This document shows positions 19,531 through 28,571 of a stretch of DNA of 64,000 nt, piece after piece. The notes beneath the pieces are model-generated. The model made no database searches. It saw only the letters and a list, made by a program, of their open reading frames with translations, and was not told where the DNA came from. The position numbers were made by a program, and so were the translations under genes. Each line of letters opens with the position of its first letter. The stretch's first letter is position 1. The DNA is taken from the NCBI GenBank assembly GCA_003152105.1, contig PLZJ01000002.1, forward strand, positions 236,257 through 300,256, written 5' to 3'. The DNA is from Candidatus Levyibacteriota bacterium. Its GTDB lineage: Bacteria; Patescibacteriota; Microgenomatia; Levybacterales; UBA12049.

Positions 19531-20604
19531 TTATGCGATATTTTTTATTAAATTAAGTAGTTTAAAATTCCAATTTACGCGATGAGTATCTCCACGAGTG
19601 TTTAAAATACTACTTCTATTTTTCTCATACCATTTATAGCTTTCTAGTAATAATTCTTTATTGGATTTTTTAGGATGCCATTTAAGTTTTTTTTCTGCCT
19701 TTGAAATCGAAACATAGGAGGGTACTGGTAGTGTTTTGTAATGCCAAGCGCTAATTGGAGAAAGATTTGCCTTTTCAAGAATCATTAATAACAATTGAGA
19801 AGGTAAAACTGGCAATGAAATTATTCGTGATTTAGAGTTAGCATATTTTATTATTGATCCAAGATCTTTTCTCCAAGTACTGAATTCTTTTGCGCCAATA
19901 TTAAACGTTTCGTCACTTACTTCAAGAGTCAATGCCTTATATATTGCATCAACTACATCTGATACTGCAAGTAACTGATATTTATTATTTCCATTTCCAA
20001 GGATATATACATTTTTTCCAGAGTATATTGCTTCAAACCATAGTTGAAAAACTCCAAGTCTTTCGGGTCCTAGAAATGTTTTAGGGCGAATAATGTTTAT
20101 TGATAAACCTTTTTTTGTGAATTCATGACAAAGTTTTTCTCCTTCAACTTTTGATTCTCCATAATAACCAATGGGATCAATTGGGCTATCCTCTTGTTCT
20201 GGTAAGTACTTTGGCACACCGTAGACAGCAGTTGTAGAAATATAAACTAACCTTTTGGCTTTCTGTTTTAATGCTGCTTCTAATACATTGTGAGTCCCAT
20301 CAATATTAATACTATAAATAATTTTTTTACCTCTTTGTATAGGCAGAGCTGCAGCTGCATGAACAACTAAATCACTTCCTTTAATCGCGGTGTTGAGAGT
20401 ATGTTTATTGCGAATATCTCCTGAAATATAGGTAACTTTGCCAATTAAATCTTTTGCATCTAGGGGGGCAATGTCATACAGTACAACTTTGCATTTTTGC
20501 TTTAGTAGTTTTCTAGCTAGATGTACGCCTAGGAATCCTGTCCCTCCGGTAATAAATACTTTCATGTGACTCATATTGTAACATTTGGATTGTAATAATA
20601 ACAA
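19531..20604 (-). CDS. NAD-dependent epimerase/dehydratase (extended SDR)
   Basis: VFITGGTGFLGVHLARKLL glycine-rich NAD-binding motif. The size is typical of nucleotide-sugar epimerases. The likely true start is the internal MKVFITGG. Confidence 0.75.
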   Translation of the reverse strand: MLLLQSKCYNMSHMKVFITGGTGFLGVHLARKLLKQKCKVVLYDIAPLDAKDLIGKVTYISGDIRNKHTLNTAIKGSDLVVHAAAALPIQRGKKIIYSINIDGTHNVLEAALKQKAKRLVYISTTAVYGVPKYLPEQEDSPIDPIGYYGESKVEGEKLCHEFTKKGLSINIIRPKTFLGPERLGVFQLWFEAIYSGKNVYILGNGNNKYQLLAVSDVVDAIYKALTLEVSDETFNIGAKEFSTWRKDLGSIIKYANSKSRIISLPVLPSQLLLMILEKANLSPISAWHYKTLPVPSYVSISKAEKKLKWHPKKSNKELLLESYKWYEKNRSSILNTRGDTHRVNWNFKLLNLIKNIA

Positions 20605-20627
20605 TAACTGAACTTACTTTATTTAAT

Positions 20628-22415
20628 TCATATTTTTTTAAATATCATTACGATAGGATGATCATAAACAGTAAAAGATTCGTCTGCAGATTGGTCATTA
20701 ATCTGTATGCCTAAAAGAGGAATAGTTGGATATTCTGAAAATTGAGCTACTTTTTTAAATCCTAATTTTCCACTGAATAAATCGTGATAGTAAGATGCCG
20801 TTCGTTTATAGCAAAATTGCGTTGGTAACTTTGTGCAGTCAGTCAATTTTTGCAGTGGTACATAAAGTCTATTGGATGCAATGATAATATAGTCTGTGTG
20901 TTGTAATATTTGATGAACTCCTAGCCACTTGTCACCTGTATCTGGATTATATAAAGGTAAAATCAACGTACTGTATTTAATGCTATCACCTAAGGGTAAT
21001 TGATCATCCCAATGTTCTACTGCTAACGTTTTGTTTTGGCCAATATTCTGATAAATCCAATTCGATGCTTGTACTCGGGTGTTGGGATATGAATAAATAT
21101 GCATAAAGCTAAGTGGCCATATAACTATCGAACATAAAATAAAAATTCCAATAATGTAATAACCAATTCTAGGATACGTTTTGTGCATATAGTTGAAGAC
21201 ATAATAAAAAAATAACCCACCAAAAATGCATAGTAATGGATATAATGGGAGCATATATCTCATAAAAGCTACAGAAAAATTACCAACAATCAGGAAGTAG
21301 GGTATAAAAAATAAAAATAATACTAAGATGTTTCTCCAATGTTTTTCATTGAGATTTCTAATTGCTTTAACGAATGCATAACCCGTTCCAATATAACAAA
21401 TTATCGCAAGCATAGGTCCTTGTCCCCATAGAAATATATTCTTCAGTTCGTAATAATAAGGTATTATGCCAACGTATTGCAATGTATATGGAAATATAAA
21501 TGCGTTATGAGTCATTTGGGATTGTTGTTGTGTTTGCAACCAAAAAGAAGAAAAATCTATCAGTGCATATGGTTCAAATAACACAATAATTAGAAGTACT
21601 GTAACGATAAAAAAAATTGGCGAAAAAATTATTAATTTTGCATTTTTAGATATATACGTTTTCCAAAAATGATTTTTATTCAAATGAGATTTCAAAAGTA
21701 GCAAGCTTAATAGATAGGTGAGAATTATAGTTGATAATAAAATTAAACCAGTATCTTTTGTCACTAAACTGAGACCAAAAGATAATCCAAGCAGAACTGA
21801 AAATTTTAATGAAGGATGTTCATAATATTTTAAAATAAAATAAAGTGTTAATAAGATAAAGAAACATAATTGGGCATCAACTGTATAAAAGTGAGAATTT
21901 TGTATAGGGAAAGTACTCACTGCATAAAAAAACATTGCCAATAGGCCAATTTTTTTTGACGCAACGAGTTTTGAGATGTTAAAAATAAGTAGCATGCTGC
22001 AAAGTTCAAATAAGACAGATAAATCGCGACCAAGAATGTTGATTCCGTCATAGGTTGCATAAACGGGGTTGTGTAGTGACGCAAAAATACTAACGATCTT
22101 TAAAAAATATAAAGGAAACGATCCATATGCAAAAAAATGAGGATTTAGCGGACTATTCGGTGATAAATATTGCGTTACTGTTTTTGGAAAGTTAAGAGGC
22201 AGTGTATAAAGTACAATAGCTCGTTCATCTGGGTGCAGGTGAAATCCATTATCCCAATCTGTACCATAAAATCTAAATAGTGCTGCAAGCAGAAGAATGA
22301 GGCAAAAAACTATTGTAAAATAGAATTTCTTAGTATGATGCTTTATATTCATATCAGTCGGATTTTTTAAATATAAAAATGGTTGGTCTATCAAATACGC
22401 TAGCTGTTTCTTCAT
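20628..22415 (-). CDS. GT-C-fold integral membrane glycosyltransferase (PMT/ArnT-like, GT39/GT83 class)
   Basis: More than 10 TM helices. The first extracytoplasmic loop carries FRFYGTDWDNGFHLHPDER, a DE-type motif. It is a paralogue of the next gene. An alternative start at 22352 (MNIKHH) would remove the overlap. Confidence 0.55.
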   Translation of the reverse strand: MKKQLAYLIDQPFLYLKNPTDMNIKHHTKKFYFTIVFCLILLLAALFRFYGTDWDNGFHLHPDERAIVLYTLPLNFPKTVTQYLSPNSPLNPHFFAYGSFPLYFLKIVSIFASLHNPVYATYDGINILGRDLSVLFELCSMLLIFNISKLVASKKIGLLAMFFYAVSTFPIQNSHFYTVDAQLCFFILLTLYFILKYYEHPSLKFSVLLGLSFGLSLVTKDTGLILLSTIILTYLLSLLLLKSHLNKNHFWKTYISKNAKLIIFSPIFFIVTVLLIIVLFEPYALIDFSSFWLQTQQQSQMTHNAFIFPYTLQYVGIIPYYYELKNIFLWGQGPMLAIICYIGTGYAFVKAIRNLNEKHWRNILVLFLFFIPYFLIVGNFSVAFMRYMLPLYPLLCIFGGLFFYYVFNYMHKTYPRIGYYIIGIFILCSIVIWPLSFMHIYSYPNTRVQASNWIYQNIGQNKTLAVEHWDDQLPLGDSIKYSTLILPLYNPDTGDKWLGVHQILQHTDYIIIASNRLYVPLQKLTDCTKLPTQFCYKRTASYYHDLFSGKLGFKKVAQFSEYPTIPLLGIQINDQSADESFTVYDHPIVMIFKKI

Positions 22416-23994
22416 ATGAGTATATAGGATTATTTAAATAAGTAATACGACAAAAAATATCACAAGGAGTTATGTACATTAGTTTATATCCGGCTTCACC
22501 GTTTATCAGATGTTGGTAAAACACTGAACTTATTGGAAAGATTTTCGGTTTAAGTAATCTCGTTTTAATGATTCTTTGACTTGGTAAAATAATATAGTCT
22601 GCATTCCCAATACCTTTTGCAATATCAGAATGTAATATATCACTATCGTAAAAATTATATAGTTTTATATTTTCAAATGAACTGTTAAATGGAACTATTC
22701 CTAGATCATATATTTCAGAAACTATAGTTGCATTTTTTGGAATATGATTATGCGCATAAATCGCAGCAATTTCTCGAGTATCAGTTTCAACAAATGCTGT
22801 AATTACATACGAAATAGCAAAAATTGCAGAAATAAGTTCTAGTGTGCTTATGATAATTATCAATTGAAATTTCTTAGTTTTGAACTGATTCTGAAGATGG
22901 GTAAGCGTATATGCTATTAATAAATAAATAAAAGGTAGCGTTGGTATCATATATCTTGTCCATTTAACAAATAGAATTGCCTGCGAAACAAATAAGATAA
23001 TGAAAAATAATAATAGAAACAGTATCTGTTTTGACTTAAATCTGAACACAAGATAGATACAATAAATAAAACTAAATATAAATAGTAAAGTAACGAATGG
23101 ATTTAATAAAAAAGGGTATACATGTAGTAACTGAAATAAAATATCATTTTGTGAGATGAATTCTTGCGTATAGAATACTGGTAAAGTTCCCATTGCGACA
23201 GAAGATTCATACGTAATACTATGAATAAAAGAAGATGAATCTAAAATAGTATAAGGTGAAAAAATTACCGTAAGTATTACAATAAATGCGTATAACAACA
23301 ACGAGATAATTAAAAATGTAATTATATTTCTTGGCTGGAATCTAAATTTATTCAGTTTTCGAAATTCATTTTTGGCTTTATAGATTTGTAGAAATATTAA
23401 AATAGGAATTATTACACTATTTGATATTTTAATTGATAATAGAACGCCAATTATAAATACGCTTATAAATAAGTATTTATATGAAGGATTTTTCAAGAAT
23501 AATAAGACATCTAAAAATAAAAGAGTAAAGAAAAAAGTGCTCCACATTTCAAAAGTTCCAAAATGAGCAAATTGAATAAATCCTACACTAAATACTCCAA
23601 GCAGAAAAGCGATGGTGCCCGTTTGTCTGTTATGCATTTTTTTGCCAATAATAAAAAGAAGGATTGGTAAAAATGCGCTGAGAATAGCTGAATAAAATCG
23701 ATTAATAATTATTCCTTCAGAAAAGCTTACCTGCCATAGTTGTTGCAGCGGCATTCTACTTAAAAAATGCATTAATATTCCTGTAAAGTACACAATATAA
23801 ATAGGAAGTGATCCATAGGCAAAAAAATGCGGATTCATTTGGGAAGGAAATTGAAGTTGAGTAATGGATGAGGCAATATTACGTTCATCAGGATGAAAAT
23901 AGTAAGGTGTTCCCCAATTCAAATTATAAAATCGAAGCAAGAATAAGCATACAATAAGTATAAGTACGCTAAGGAAAAGAAAGAGTTTTCTCAT
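22354..23994 (-). CDS. GT-C-fold integral membrane glycosyltransferase (paralogue of preceding gene)
   Basis: LLRFYNLNWGTPYYFHPDERNIA loop motif identical in type to the neighbour. More than 10 TM helices. Confidence 0.55.
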   Translation of the reverse strand: MRKLFLFLSVLILIVCLFLLRFYNLNWGTPYYFHPDERNIASSITQLQFPSQMNPHFFAYGSLPIYIVYFTGILMHFLSRMPLQQLWQVSFSEGIIINRFYSAILSAFLPILLFIIGKKMHNRQTGTIAFLLGVFSVGFIQFAHFGTFEMWSTFFFTLLFLDVLLFLKNPSYKYLFISVFIIGVLLSIKISNSVIIPILIFLQIYKAKNEFRKLNKFRFQPRNIITFLIISLLLYAFIVILTVIFSPYTILDSSSFIHSITYESSVAMGTLPVFYTQEFISQNDILFQLLHVYPFLLNPFVTLLFIFSFIYCIYLVFRFKSKQILFLLLFFIILFVSQAILFVKWTRYMIPTLPFIYLLIAYTLTHLQNQFKTKKFQLIIIISTLELISAIFAISYVITAFVETDTREIAAIYAHNHIPKNATIVSEIYDLGIVPFNSSFENIKLYNFYDSDILHSDIAKGIGNADYIILPSQRIIKTRLLKPKIFPISSVFYQHLINGEAGYKLMYITPCDIFCRITYLNNPIYSYEETASVFDRPTIFIFKKSD

Positions 23995-23999
23995 TTGCT

Positions 24000-25280
24000 T
24001 TATGCCGTTGAAATGTCAGCGATTTTTTGCCCAAGTTCTACAGCATAATTTGTTCCTCTGTCCCAAGGATAAACTTGTTCAATATTTGCCAAAAATACAT
24101 TCGGTAAAGGAGTTTTAAATTTAGGGATAATTTTAGAATAATTTGTTGGAATTATCGGTTGCGCAAATGGAGTTCTAAATACACGATAATCAATTAAGTA
24201 TTCTTTGTACTTAGAATTAATTCTACTCAGTAAGGGATCATACATTTTTAATAATTCTTCATCGCTTGCTAAATATTTTTCTGAGTCTGTGGAAGGATAA
24301 TTACCAACATAAACAAGATGTTCGTTATTATAATTAGCAATATCCATCAGATTTGTATGTTCTACGACTACCATAACTGGAGACGGAGTTTCGCAAATGC
24401 TTAACCAATATGTTCCGTCTTTGATAAGTTGCTTTTTTAATCGTAGAACCATATTAGTAGCACCTAATCCTTGTAACTTAACTAGCGAATTCCTATATGT
24501 ATCAGGCAGTTGTGGAGTAATTTTCAAAAATAGATAAGATGGAAGAGTCACGATTATTTTGTCAAATTCATATGTTTCTTCTTCTCCCTTATTGTTTTTA
24601 AAAATCACGTTAGTTTTTTTATCATCTACAATTTTTAAAATCTCTGAATTATAGAGTACTTTTCCACCCTTTTTTTCTATAGTTGAAACAAGAGCTTCGG
24701 CAAATGAAAGAAATCCTCCTTTCGGATAGGCAAGTTGAGGAGTTCGTTTATAAATACGTGTCCAAAACCATACAAGGGAAACTACAGTTGCAAATTTACC
24801 CATTTTATTTACTAACTGTGGTTGCCACAGTAATTCATAGCCATGTTTACCCATTATTTTAGGTAAGAATGTACTTGCGTTTATTTTTTCAAGTGGTTTC
24901 CAAAATGGATTAAATTTTAAGAATGCAAGAGAGGCACCCATACGAAGCCGTTCAATAAGTGTTAATTTAGAGAATGTAAGTAGTGCTGAAGGAGAATCTA
25001 ACTGATAATTACTTCCATCAATAAAAACTGATGTTTTTGGTCGTTTGATGAGCACTTCAAAATTGATTTCTTTTGCAAGATCTAATACAAATGTGTCATT
25101 TGTAAACCAATGATGATAATGTTTTTCTAGTGACCATTTCCAATTTTTTTCCTTGTAACCAATTGCCAATCCTCCAGGATTTCCATCTTTTTCAATAATA
25201 GTAATATCATGATTTTGTTTTTGAAGTGCATGTGCTGCAGCAAGACCAGTAAAGCCCGCTCCTATTATTCCAATCTTCAT
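24000..25280 (-). CDS. FAD/NAD(P)-binding oxidoreductase (amine-oxidase/protoporphyrinogen-oxidase-like fold)
   Basis: N-terminal MKIGIIGAGFTGLAAAHAL...IIEKDGNPGG dinucleotide-binding motif. 426 aa. Confidence 0.6.
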   Translation of the reverse strand: MKIGIIGAGFTGLAAAHALQKQNHDITIIEKDGNPGGLAIGYKEKNWKWSLEKHYHHWFTNDTFVLDLAKEINFEVLIKRPKTSVFIDGSNYQLDSPSALLTFSKLTLIERLRMGASLAFLKFNPFWKPLEKINASTFLPKIMGKHGYELLWQPQLVNKMGKFATVVSLVWFWTRIYKRTPQLAYPKGGFLSFAEALVSTIEKKGGKVLYNSEILKIVDDKKTNVIFKNNKGEEETYEFDKIIVTLPSYLFLKITPQLPDTYRNSLVKLQGLGATNMVLRLKKQLIKDGTYWLSICETPSPVMVVVEHTNLMDIANYNNEHLVYVGNYPSTDSEKYLASDEELLKMYDPLLSRINSKYKEYLIDYRVFRTPFAQPIIPTNYSKIIPKFKTPLPNVFLANIEQVYPWDRGTNYAVELGQKIADISTA

Positions 25281-26635
25281 AATTTTGGTATTGTACCACG
25301 TGTAAGTGAAAATAGAATTATTCCGAAAAGTGCAAGTATGCCACCAATGACACTTCCTAATAGAACTGAATTGCTGCCCGTAGGTTTATTAGGCAACACT
25401 ACAGTAGGGGTGGGAGAAATTGAAAATGAAGGAGTGGTCGTAATGGTTACGGACGGTTTAGTAGAAGGAATGAGAGTTGGTGTAGTAGTTGGGAGTGGTG
25501 TAATGGTTGCCGAACTCGTGGCAGCTCCCTCGACAGAAGAACCAACAGGTAAAATAGAAAATTGTTCAGTAGCTTGTTTTAACACACCAGAGCTATCCCG
25601 AGAAATTATTGTAATTGTGTGGACTCCTACACTCAACGGACTATTTGGACGAAAAGTCCATTGCCCGTTACTATCTGAAGTTGTTTCAGTTTTGATGTTT
25701 GCGTTATCTTGTATATCGATTTCTATTTTGGAATTAGGTAAAGCAGTTCCTTCAAATCTGGGTTGGGGGTCATTGAAATTTTGATTTTTCTTTGGCGAAG
25801 TAAAACCAAGGGTTGTGCTTTGAACTAGTTGTGCACGAAGTATTACTGATGGAAAGGACTGGAGAAGAAGTAGATGGCTATTATTTTGAATCGGAGGAAA
25901 AGAATAAGAATTTGATAGCGTTAATAGTGGTAATGGATTCGTGTTAATTGTAAATAGCGAAACTATAGTTGTATATGATTGCGTACTTGCAACAAGACGA
26001 AGCATAGTCTGTGGAGTTATCGCAAAATAATTAGTCCCGTTTGTTGATCTAATCTGTGAAAGAGGTATGGAAAAGTTTTGTGTTTGATTAATAAGTTCTG
26101 AAATTAATGAAAACGAATTTGATTGAAGGTAAATTAATGCTTCATCTGGCGTGCTTCCATCTGGTAGTTCAAGCTTCCCCGATATCGAGTGTTGTGATAA
26201 AGGTTTTGAATGAATGTTCTGAAAGGTTTTTATAATATATGGTTGGCTATTTGTATTTTCATAGGTTTGTCCACCTGAGGCTATCGTAAAGTAATATGGA
26301 GTATTAGGAAGTAATCCTGTTACATTAAAGTAATGAATGTAGTGAGGCAGGGATTTTCCTGCATTATCGATTTGATCTAATTGCACTTTTCCTAGTGATG
26401 AATTAGGGCCATATGATAGAGAACCCAGTAGAAGAGAATTTGTTGTATAGGATACGGTAAATGATGTGTCGGTAAGATTGCTGATTGTCACATCTTGAGG
26501 TACTGAGGATATTGATGCGTGACCTTGATAATTTGTTTTTTGTTGCAAAAAATAGGAAGTAACTAGTATGCTTAGTAAAAGCGTACCTATAGCAAATAAA
26601 GAGGGAATGCGTTTTTCAGAGATGTTTCTGTTCAT
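25277..26635 (-). CDS. Surface protein with N-terminal signal anchor, beta-rich (FN3-like) region and C-terminal PT-rich stalk plus TM anchor
   Basis: N-terminal TM, long T/S/N-rich exported region, C-terminal P/T-rich tract, then a hydrophobic helix (VLLGSVIGGILALFGIILFSL). Confidence 0.4.
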   Translation of the reverse strand: MNRNISEKRIPSLFAIGTLLLSILVTSYFLQQKTNYQGHASISSVPQDVTISNLTDTSFTVSYTTNSLLLGSLSYGPNSSLGKVQLDQIDNAGKSLPHYIHYFNVTGLLPNTPYYFTIASGGQTYENTNSQPYIIKTFQNIHSKPLSQHSISGKLELPDGSTPDEALIYLQSNSFSLISELINQTQNFSIPLSQIRSTNGTNYFAITPQTMLRLVASTQSYTTIVSLFTINTNPLPLLTLSNSYSFPPIQNNSHLLLLQSFPSVILRAQLVQSTTLGFTSPKKNQNFNDPQPRFEGTALPNSKIEIDIQDNANIKTETTSDSNGQWTFRPNSPLSVGVHTITIISRDSSGVLKQATEQFSILPVGSSVEGAATSSATITPLPTTTPTLIPSTKPSVTITTTPSFSISPTPTVVLPNKPTGSNSVLLGSVIGGILALFGIILFSLTRGTIPKL

Positions 26636-26970
26636 GGTTGAGCAGGAGTCACATCTTGCACTGACTGAGTGTTTGAAGATGTAGAATCTTGCTGCACTGG
26701 TGTTTGCGTAGATGAAGGGGTAGGTGTGATTAATCCAGATAACGTTGCTGTTTCAATGTCATATAATGGATCTATTGATTGTCTTTGTTTAAGCTTATTA
26801 AGTGTTGTAGTATCAAATGTTGGATTAATGGGAAGTATTTGCATATTTAATTGTTGATCAATAGTAGAAGCGTGAAGTTTATGAAATACATTTACTCCAA
26901 TCCACACTAATACCGCAATAAATGTTAGAAAAAGTAAAATTACTAAGTCGCGTTGTGTATTACTCTTCAT
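26632..26970 (-). CDS. Small single-pass membrane protein (possibly pilus-assembly accessory)
   Basis: 112 aa, one TM, S/T/Q/P-rich tail. Sits immediately after the PilN/PilO-like pair with a 4-nt overlap. Confidence 0.3.
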   Translation of the reverse strand: MKSNTQRDLVILLFLTFIAVLVWIGVNVFHKLHASTIDQQLNMQILPINPTFDTTTLNKLKQRQSIDPLYDIETATLSGLITPTPSSTQTPVQQDSTSSNTQSVQDVTPAQP

Positions 26971-27604
26971 AATAAGCCTTTCCAGATATTATTAAACTAT
27001 AATTATCATTTGGGTTAACCGTTGTACTTGTGCTGCTGTTAGAGCTATCAGTTACTAATTGCGAATAAGATAATGAATCAATTGTAAGTATTCTGTCCAA
27101 AGTTAACAATGATTTTACATATGTATCTAAATATTCTCGGGGTCCATGAGCATTAATCGTAAAGGAATAATTACTTGCAGTATTTGGAACTTGTATTAAG
27201 GGTACTATAGATACAGTATTGATAATAACAGTATCAATTTTTACGCCATTATTTTCTCCTAATCGCTGCAATTGACCAACTAGATATGATGAATTTGGAG
27301 ATTTTGGTATTGCTGCGATAACCACAGGAATATCAAATTGTAGGTTTGCATACTCGGTAGTTAGGGAATCAAGGTTTTGATTTTTGGTTTCTAATTGATT
27401 CAAAACAAGAGTATTATCCGATATCTCTTTTTGTAACTGTGCAATAGTAGTAAGAGTTGGTCTTATTGCAAATATTCCAAATACGCAAAGAATAAAAAGT
27501 GTTAAAGCAAGAGTGGTATATTGTTGTGTTTTTTCACTCTTAAAATTAGGGAGAAACTTTGAAACCGTTTTTTGTTTAAAAAATAATTCTTTTGTATCAG
27601 TCAT
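26960..27604 (-). CDS. PilO-like type IV pilus assembly protein
   Basis: Short cytoplasmic segment, one TM (LALTLFILCVFGIFAI), a coiled coil (IAQLQKEISDNTLVLNQLETKNQNLDSL), then a beta-rich periplasmic-type domain. This is the PilO architecture. Confidence 0.4.
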   Translation of the reverse strand: MTDTKELFFKQKTVSKFLPNFKSEKTQQYTTLALTLFILCVFGIFAIRPTLTTIAQLQKEISDNTLVLNQLETKNQNLDSLTTEYANLQFDIPVVIAAIPKSPNSSYLVGQLQRLGENNGVKIDTVIINTVSIVPLIQVPNTASNYSFTINAHGPREYLDTYVKSLLTLDRILTIDSLSYSQLVTDSSNSSTSTTVNPNDNYSLIISGKAYYEE

Positions 27605-27605
27605 A

Positions 27606-28142
27606 TTATTTTAAGGTTAATGTGTAATTTGCTGTGATCGTACCATTAGAAGTGCTATTGTCGATTTGGTCAAGCTTAATGTTTGAGAAATCAGGTGAAG
27701 ATTGAAACGCGGAAGTAAGAGATTTGAGAGAGTCGGTTGAATAGGCTACCGCAGCCACAGTAACTGTTGATGAAGTAAATGCTACTGAGTTTAACTTTAT
27801 ATTGCTGGGAAGAAGTGCTTCTATATCAAATAAGCTTTTGATGGTACTATTTTCTTGCTTATTGTACGTTGAAGCGTAGCTAAGTCTACTCTGAAGATTA
27901 CGAAAAATTTTTTCATTCTGTGCGTAGGATTCTGTAATTAATTGTTCACTTTGAATTTGTGTGTTTAAATTTGCAATTTGATTGTCAAGTGAAAAACGGT
28001 ATATAAATGCGATTAAGGCAATAAGTTCCGTAATTATTACAACCAATTTTCCAATCCCAAGTGCCCAGCTTAAAAAGTTATCATAAAAGCCCTGTGAACT
28101 TTCTTGCGAAGCCAAATTAATAGCAACATCATTCTTTGCCAT
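27606..28142 (-). CDS. PilN-like type IV pilus assembly protein
   Basis: N-terminal AINLASQE (similar to the PilN INLLP motif), one TM, coiled coil, about 180 aa. Directly precedes the PilO-like gene. Confidence 0.4.
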   Translation of the reverse strand: MAKNDVAINLASQESSQGFYDNFLSWALGIGKLVVIITELIALIAFIYRFSLDNQIANLNTQIQSEQLITESYAQNEKIFRNLQSRLSYASTYNKQENSTIKSLFDIEALLPSNIKLNSVAFTSSTVTVAAVAYSTDSLKSLTSAFQSSPDFSNIKLDQIDNSTSNGTITANYTLTLK

Positions 28143-28201
28143 ATAATTAGTCTAGGAGGTTTGTAAAGATTTGTCAAAGGAGAAATTTATCTAAAAAAAA
28201 G

Positions 28202-28486
28202 CTATTTAGTTTTCTTTTTTACAGTGGGTGATTTTTCCTTAAGAGGAGCCTTAGGGCTCGAAATTTTAGATAATGCTGATTTAACTCGTGCAGCTTTATT
28301 TTTATGTATAATTCTATGTTTTACAGCTTTATCGATTGCGCTAACAGCATCATGAATCGTTGTTTGTTTTGATGTTTTTTTCGCTTCTTTTACTAAGCTT
28401 TTATATAGATTTTTTAGCTTATCATTATGTATTTGGCGTTTCTTATCTTGTTTAAGCTTTTTTTTCGCTGATTTTATTACTGGCAT
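28202..28486 (-). CDS. rpsT: 30S ribosomal protein S20
   Basis: MPVIKSAKKKLKQDKKR...IIHKNKAARVKSAL matches the S20 pattern (IKSAKKR...IHKNKAAR). Confidence 0.75.
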   Translation of the reverse strand: MPVIKSAKKKLKQDKKRQIHNDKLKNLYKSLVKEAKKTSKQTTIHDAVSAIDKAVKHRIIHKNKAARVKSALSKISSPKAPLKEKSPTVKKKTK

Positions 28487-28571
28487 GCGGGTATTTTAGC
28501 ATGCTATACTATATTACGCAACAGTAATCCAAGGAGAAGGAATTGTTAGTAATTTCTGTGGCAAAAAATGT

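Noticed and set aside
25209-25784. 191-aa plus-strand ORF rich in Val/Gly
   Set aside because: It is the antisense reading of the PT-rich C-terminal region of the 25277..26635 surface protein and of the FAD oxidoreductase start, and is a composition artefact.
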